Part shown: piece after piece, positions 58,818-64,000 of the stretch | Numbering within the stretch: position 1 is the stretch's first letter | Layout: the number at the start of each line of letters is the position of its first letter | Virus record (IMG/VR): IMGVR_UViG_3300042975_000105 | Location: 3,692-67,691 of that record | Origin: a virus | Lineage: Duplodnaviria; Caudoviricetes | DNA: 64,000 nt | Direction: 5' to 3' (one strand) | Translations under genes and position numbers: made by a program | Notes under the pieces: generated by a model | Seen by the model: only the letters and a program-made list of their open reading frames with translations | Told to the model about the DNA's origin: nothing | The model's database searches: none

Positions 58818-61052
58818 TCACTGCTCATACATATGTGGATTGACGAGATATGTCTGTGCAGGCGGCCTTCCTTTTCCCGAATAGTTTTTATTTTCCTTCG
58901 GGGCAATATAGCCGTAATCCACCAGTTGGGTTAAGACCGGCTGTACATCCTCTGCTTTCTTGAAATTGCGGCAGAGCCTCATAAGGTCCCTGCGTGTAAA
59001 TTCCGTCATCCCATTTTTCATTACCACATCCATCACCTTCTTGCTCTGGCTGATAACCGGGTCAGCTCCCATCAGCATAAAAGCCGCCCTTGCATGTTCT
59101 ATAAAATATTCTCCAATCCGGATACTGTTTTTCATGGTTTCCCCATCCACCACAAACGGATCCGATGTAACTAAAAAGTCATGGCTTCGATGTATGGATG
59201 CCCGACACAACAGGGCTGCAATACGCTGAATGTTGCCTACCAGCTTTCCTGCCCAGTCCACAATGTCTGCGTAGGTTCTGTTTAACTCAGGCTCCAGCCT
59301 TTCGGCAAAAGCTTCTATCAGCGCATCTGCCTCCTGCGATAAGGTGATGATTTCTTCCCCGTTTTCACATTCATCCTCCAACAGGTTCCGGATGCACTGC
59401 TCATATTCCCGGTACACGCCATCAGGAACAGATGCTGAACGGTATTTCCGTTTCCCCACAAAAGATGCCGGAATACAGTACAAAAACCGTGCTGTCAGTC
59501 CCCGCCCCCGAAAGATGCCGTTCTGCATCAGGCCGGAAAGAACGCTTGGCTGTACCATAAGCAGCACCGTCAGTGCCGGGTTCATAATGCTTTCACTGTT
59601 CCTGCCGATACGGTCCACCCGGATGCTGTCCCCGGAGTAGCCTTTCAGCATAACGTCAATATTGACGGTTTTGGAATATGCACCTGCCAGCGTATCAAAA
59701 ATCCCGCCTTCCGTGGATAGGATGGCGGCCCGCCCGTTATTATCCGCAAGCACAGACGTCAGCTTTTCTGTGGTAATATCATCCACATACAGCTTCATCG
59801 GCTTCATTTCCTTATATCCAGCAATCTCCTCTGCCATTCTCCGGACCGCTTGTGCATCCGCCTTGCCCTTGGATGCCTGATCTTCCAGCACTTTCTGCCT
59901 GCGTTCCAGTATCCGTTTCTGCATTTTGCTGGTTTCGATTGCCGCTGCATTCTGCACATTCCGCTCTGACTCATATACATTTAAGGGCCGTATCATGGCA
60001 TTTTCGACCGCGGATTTACGTTCGGACGGATTCATGACATTCAGCACAAAAATATTGACAGGCTCTATCCAGTCCGGCTTTGCCCTGATTTTGAATTTTC
60101 CCTGCATGCATACGGACAAGATTGCAATGGCTGCGGTAGCCGCCATATCAACCGGTGTCTGTGTGCTTTCCGAGAGTGCTGCTACATAATCACCGATCGC
60201 CTTTGGCAGAGCATCCAGCGGAAAAGGCGGCAGATGGTATTCATCAAAGGGAATGGGCATCTCCCACTCCGGTTCCTTGTTATATTCCTCTGGTACAATA
60301 TATCCATCCTGCCTTGCCAGATCCCTGCCAAATTTCAAGGCACTGTCCCAGATGATATCCAGTTCTTCCTGTGCTAACGGCGGCATACATCTTTTTGATT
60401 TCTCGATGAAAATATGATGGGCTTCTTCCGTACAGCCATACCGTTTGACGACTTTTCCTGCAAACCGGCTCATGCTTTTATTACGGGAACCCTCTGTGAT
60501 AGTTTCCCTATCCAAATTAGAAAAGGCTTTTTCATTTAAAAATTCATCTATGGTTTGGCTTCCTTCATGCCATATTATGTTCTCTGACTGACAGCCATAC
60601 ATAAACCGTGCCGCATCTGTCGCCCCATTATCAAAGAAGGGTGCCGCCGCATATATACGCTTTTTTAAGTTCGCACAATCTTCTGCACTTACAGTCGGTT
60701 GATGGGGGAAATACACATGATGCCGCGGTCTGGCTGACTTTTTCCCTTTCACTTTTCCGTCATGACGGCTCGGGACAACAACAAAAGAAACATCCGGGAA
60801 AATATTTTGATACATGTCTGGATATATCCAGTCTTTGGGATGATCCGAGTGATCATTGTCACAGTCCATGACATCCACGTTCCCTGCAATATAATCGGCA
60901 TTCGAGCGATGGAAATTTTTATATTCTGCGCTGACATGGTCCCGGCAGATGACAGCCTTAAAATCTTCTTCATTTGTAATATCAGCCTGATTCGGGTAGA
61001 TGCTGTTCTTGGCATTTCCCGTACAATTTGCCGTATATAAAGTGAATTTCAT
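58818..61052 (-). CDS. Primase (AEP/PriCT-1) fused to a DUF3987/YfjI-like ATPase
   Basis: MKFTLYTA N-terminus, EGSRNKSM, PSERKS, DDITTEKL, STEGG, RGRGL.ARFL. Confidence 0.85.
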   Translation of the reverse strand: MKFTLYTANCTGNAKNSIYPNQADITNEEDFKAVICRDHVSAEYKNFHRSNADYIAGNVDVMDCDNDHSDHPKDWIYPDMYQNIFPDVSFVVVPSRHDGKVKGKKSARPRHHVYFPHQPTVSAEDCANLKKRIYAAAPFFDNGATDAARFMYGCQSENIIWHEGSQTIDEFLNEKAFSNLDRETITEGSRNKSMSRFAGKVVKRYGCTEEAHHIFIEKSKRCMPPLAQEELDIIWDSALKFGRDLARQDGYIVPEEYNKEPEWEMPIPFDEYHLPPFPLDALPKAIGDYVAALSESTQTPVDMAATAAIAILSVCMQGKFKIRAKPDWIEPVNIFVLNVMNPSERKSAVENAMIRPLNVYESERNVQNAAAIETSKMQKRILERRQKVLEDQASKGKADAQAVRRMAEEIAGYKEMKPMKLYVDDITTEKLTSVLADNNGRAAILSTEGGIFDTLAGAYSKTVNIDVMLKGYSGDSIRVDRIGRNSESIMNPALTVLLMVQPSVLSGLMQNGIFRGRGLTARFLYCIPASFVGKRKYRSASVPDGVYREYEQCIRNLLEDECENGEEIITLSQEADALIEAFAERLEPELNRTYADIVDWAGKLVGNIQRIAALLCRASIHRSHDFLVTSDPFVVDGETMKNSIRIGEYFIEHARAAFMLMGADPVISQSKKVMDVVMKNGMTEFTRRDLMRLCRNFKKAEDVQPVLTQLVDYGYIAPKENKNYSGKGRPPAQTYLVNPHMYEQ

Positions 61053-61477
61053 CGGACCGTCTCCTTTAAATCGCTGCCAAAGTAACGCAGTTTGTAATTC
61101 TTCCTTTTGGCTCTCCTGATTTCGGCATCCATTCCCGCCGATATGATATCTCCAAATACCCACACCTCACTGCATTGGCTCATCAGTACATTGCCAAAGT
61201 GTAGTCCCAGTTCACGTTCCGTTATGTCGGTATCATCAAGGAACTGCGGAAACAGCAAATGTGGGGCAATAGGGATATACCCCTGCTCCACCGCAAAGCG
61301 ACTATATCGTCTTGCATTGGCAATGTTTCCGGGCATATCCCCTGAAAACGGGGAGCATACATATACCAGAGGTCTGTATGCTCTTGCCGCCTTCGCTTCC
61401 TGTTCGATATGGGATAAGGCTTCGTATGGGGTCGGATCCGGATATCCTTCACTGTTACGTCTGCTCACACCCACCAT
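61049..61477 (-). CDS. DUF4406-like protein
   Basis: Homolog of 29447-29860. Confidence 0.7.
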   Translation of the reverse strand: MVGVSRRNSEGYPDPTPYEALSHIEQEAKAARAYRPLVYVCSPFSGDMPGNIANARRYSRFAVEQGYIPIAPHLLFPQFLDDTDITERELGLHFGNVLMSQCSEVWVFGDIISAGMDAEIRRAKRKNYKLRYFGSDLKETVR

Positions 61478-61679
61478 GTTTACCTCCCGCCAGCTTTTTG
61501 CCGCAGCTGTCACACAACACCGATGTACCGAAAAGATCAACCTTGCCATCGGCAAATACCTCTGCCAAGTCAACCTGCACTTCTGAGCCACAATGTGGGC
61601 AGCGGCAGAATACATTCTCGTCATTGATTTCAATGGAAATCCCTACCGTATCATTCAATTTCTCTTTTACATAAAACAT
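61455..61679 (-). CDS. Small zinc-finger protein
   Basis: Homolog of 29838-30062. Confidence 0.7.
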   Translation of the reverse strand: MFYVKEKLNDTVGISIEINDENVFCRCPHCGSEVQVDLAEVFADGKVDLFGTSVLCDSCGKKLAGGKHGGCEQT

Positions 61680-61681
61680 AC

Positions 61682-62347
61682 TTATCGGTCCTCCTCTAAT
61701 TTTGCTTTGTACCATTCCAAATGTCGTTTACGGTCTTCATAATTGGGAAAAGCTACGAGCAGTCCCACATCAACCTTCTGCAGGGTTTCCAACATATCAA
61801 TTTGATCTTTAGCCAGATAGGGCCTGATACTCGTTCCCTTTTCGATCCCATTGGCAAGCCTGAACTGCTTGGCTGTCATACCCAGCACGATACGGTTTAA
61901 CATATTGCATTCATTGCTGAAGTGATACGGCTTCGGGTTCTCATGGAGCAGCTTGATGTTTTCTGTAAGAAGCGGAAACTCCTGTCTCGCCGATACCAGT
62001 GTCTGAATGAATTTTTCCATTTCGTTGAAACGCCTGATATACAGTTCCTTGAAATGTGCTGCTTTTTTCCCTGTAAATCCCATGCCAAGTGCTGTGAATC
62101 CATCCCGCGTAATTGCATACCGGCGCTGCTTTCTATTCCACTGATCGGTGTACGTGGTTGGCACAAAATTGTGCCGACCAAATTCTGCACTAAATCCGGA
62201 ATCAGGCGAAAGGATCGCGTCAATGTTACGCAGTACCGTTTTGTGCTTCTTCTCAAAAAATTCAGAAACATATAGGCTGTCCACCCTTGCTGTATCATGG
62301 GTGTCGGCAAAAATGCCGTATTGGTCTTTCGGTATTAATTCCTTCAT
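61682..62347 (-). CDS. rha: Rha-family phage regulator
   Basis: Homolog of 30066-30728. Confidence 0.87.
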   Translation of the reverse strand: MKELIPKDQYGIFADTHDTARVDSLYVSEFFEKKHKTVLRNIDAILSPDSGFSAEFGRHNFVPTTYTDQWNRKQRRYAITRDGFTALGMGFTGKKAAHFKELYIRRFNEMEKFIQTLVSARQEFPLLTENIKLLHENPKPYHFSNECNMLNRIVLGMTAKQFRLANGIEKGTSIRPYLAKDQIDMLETLQKVDVGLLVAFPNYEDRKRHLEWYKAKLEEDR

Positions 62348-62389
62348 AAAAATACCGCCTTTCCTAAAAGTAGGGTTTTGCCCTCTGTT

Positions 62390-62421
62390 AGTGAAAGGAC
62401 AAAACCCTACTTTTTAAGAAC
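62390..62421 (-). promoter_or_regulatory. Variant motif GTTCTTAA-N12-TGTCCTTTCACT upstream of rha-2
   Basis: Same 12-nt spacing and same position as the 30782 copy. Confidence 0.72.
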
Positions 62422-62428
62422 CATATGT

Positions 62429-63022
62429 TTAATCTTTTTTATAGAAACTGCATTCGTATCCGTCTGCACGAAGGAGAAGTCCGCTGATCCAAGGTGGCGT
62501 CCTGCCCATTTGCTCACAGATGGAATCAAGAGATACATCCATGCTGCACTCCATGATCAGCTCATCATGGACATGTCCACAGATAAAATAATGGGATAAT
62601 GTCCGCATGGCATAGGCGAGAATATCCCGGCTGATGGCCTGGACAATGTTTTCCACGAACTTTGGGCCGTAGCTTTCAATCCGTTCCCATTTTTTGGTGC
62701 CGCCAACGCCCTCATAGGTAACGGCTTCACCACCGAAACGGTTCTCTCCTATTCGTGGCTTCACGTAGGACAGATGCCTGCCGCTTGGCAACTGGATAAA
62801 CAACATCCCACTCTGATAAACAAACCGAATGCCATGCGTTTCAGTCAGCATATGCCGCTGGACCGTATTCCTAACGCACCTGTCCACATCCCACCAAAAC
62901 CGCACGATATTCGGATTGGCTGACCGCCATGAATCCACCAGTGGCTGTAGTTCTTCTTCTGCAAGTCCCATATCGAGCGCACCCATTGCTTTCAAGGCAC
63001 CGACCGAGCCGCCGTATCCACA
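62429..63022 (-). pseudogene. Family A DNA polymerase C-extein (gene interrupted by IS30 further upstream)
   Basis: CGYGGSVGALKAMG...HVHDE...GYECSFYKKD, nearly identical in protein to the end of 31605-33593. Confidence 0.92.
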
Positions 63023-63412
63023 GTTGTGGACGAGTTTCCCCGATACGGTAAAACGATGATGCTTTCCGGCATTTCGTATGTCATAAAGTCGAGCCGTGCG
63101 CGTATTAGATGCCAGTTCTTTCTCTTTTCGAACACTGCAAGTTCTGCTGACGCAATAATCTCGTCCCGGCTCATCCCCTGAGTCAGCTTTTTTGTGACTA
63201 CACTTCTTGCATATGGCCAATATTGCTGCTCGAATTTTGTCAACACCGTTCTCCGTTGATTTATACAATTTTCTTGATGTGTCGCAAACCTCAGATTCCC
63301 CGGTTGATAGTGGCTGTTCGTATCGATTCGGTCTATCTCCATTTCTCGCCCCGGGAGTCCAAAATTCTTTATCATATACAGACCTGCTTCTGTTACACTT
63401 ACAAAATTGAAA
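62992..63412 (-). CDS. HNH homing endonuclease in the +1 frame of the intein (5' end cut by IS30)
   Basis: EIDRIDTNSHYQPGNLRFATHQENCINQRR; stop at 62992-62994 lies inside the C-extein. Confidence 0.78.
63023..63412 (-). mobile_element. Intein, C-terminal 130 codons, in the polymerase frame
   Basis: Ends RLYDIRNAGKHHRFTVSGKLVHN followed by Cys, at the site that reads AELA|CGYGG in the element-1 polymerase. Confidence 0.9.
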
Positions 63413-64000
63413 CGTAAATTGTAGAATGAAATTGAACACTAAAACTAAATAAAAAGATCCATAGGATTGCATCAATGGTAAAATTAAGTTACGACACAAA
63501 ATTAACCGGAGGCAATCACTATGGACTACCTAAATAATACCATTAATACCCTACCTCGCGAAAGAGGACAACACTTAAGATTTGAAGATCGATGCGAAAT
63601 CAAAGCGCTCCATAAGCAAGGTTACTCTTATCGCCAGATTGCAAAAGCACTTAATTGCTCACCTAGTACTGTGGGCTACGAATTAAAACGTGGCACTGCA
63701 ACTAAGACGACACATCGAGGCAGACCAACAGAGTATGTACCTAGTCGAGGTCAAGCCGTTTACTATGAAAACAGAAAACGTTCTGGTCGTAAACAGCGCA
63801 TTACGTCTGAAAGTCCATTTGCTATTTGGGTTGCAGAGCAAGTTAAAAAAGCTAACTGGTCATTAGACGTATGTGCTGGCTATGCTAAGAAGCATAATCT
63901 GTTTACTGAAGAGGAACTTGTATGTGCTAAAACGCTGTATAACGCCCTTAATCAATCACGCCTACCATTATCCCTATTCGATGTACCAGAAACTGCTTAG
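63413..64000 (+). mobile_element. IS30-family element (left end plus transposase 5' part, CDS from 63521)
   Basis: IR-like CGTAAATTGTAGAATGAAATTGAAC at ~63413; HTH LRFEDRCEI..L..GYSYRQIA..L..SPSTV.YELKRG, WSLD, TLYN. Confidence 0.88.

Larger units (their letters stand above)
44650..63412 (-). mobile_element. Prophage-like element 2: internally deleted sister phage
   Basis: Same gene order as element 1 from polymerase to terL, then R-M and recombinase modules; boundaries approximate. Confidence 0.88.

Noticed and set aside
63413-63499. N-terminal 29 residues of track ORF 62429-63499
   Set aside because: This is IS30 left-end sequence read backwards; it is not part of the intein or polymerase and was excluded from the dual-frame argument
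1-64000. CRISPR array, tRNA/rRNA, reverse transcriptase (retron or DGR)
   Set aside because: No regularly spaced repeats, cloverleaf or rRNA-like tracts, and no YxDD reverse transcriptase seen; the DUF2800 Cas4-like gene is a phage recombination nuclease, not a cas locus

Overview
Window from a Firmicute chromosome (gene families and ~50-55% GC phage genes suggest a Negativicutes-type host; inference). It holds two related prophage-like elements in tandem, nearly all on the minus strand, separated by an AT-rich defence/relic island. Element 1 (1 to ~40,000) is a temperate myovirus. It carries a PBSX-like contractile tail, HK97 head, an intein-containing large terminase, a methyltransferase/amidoligase cassette, a replication module (family A polymerase, primase, SNF2 helicase), a sigma-like regulator and a divergent ABC-three-component (Lamassu-like) operon. 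It has five apparent +1 frameshifts. Between ~40,000 and 44,600 lie a serine-recombinase relic, an MBL-hydrolase plus membrane-protein pair, an uncharacterised two-gene operon and a vsr relic. Element 2 (~44,650-63,410) is a sister phage with tandem serine recombinases and a type II R-M module. Its head, tail and most late genes are gone through a deletion that fuses terL to the last late gene. Its polymerase carries an intein whose HNH endonuclease is encoded in the +1 frame, and an IS30 element interrupts it at the right edge. No rRNA, tRNA or CRISPR array was seen. Family assignments come from motif recognition by eye; no database search was run.
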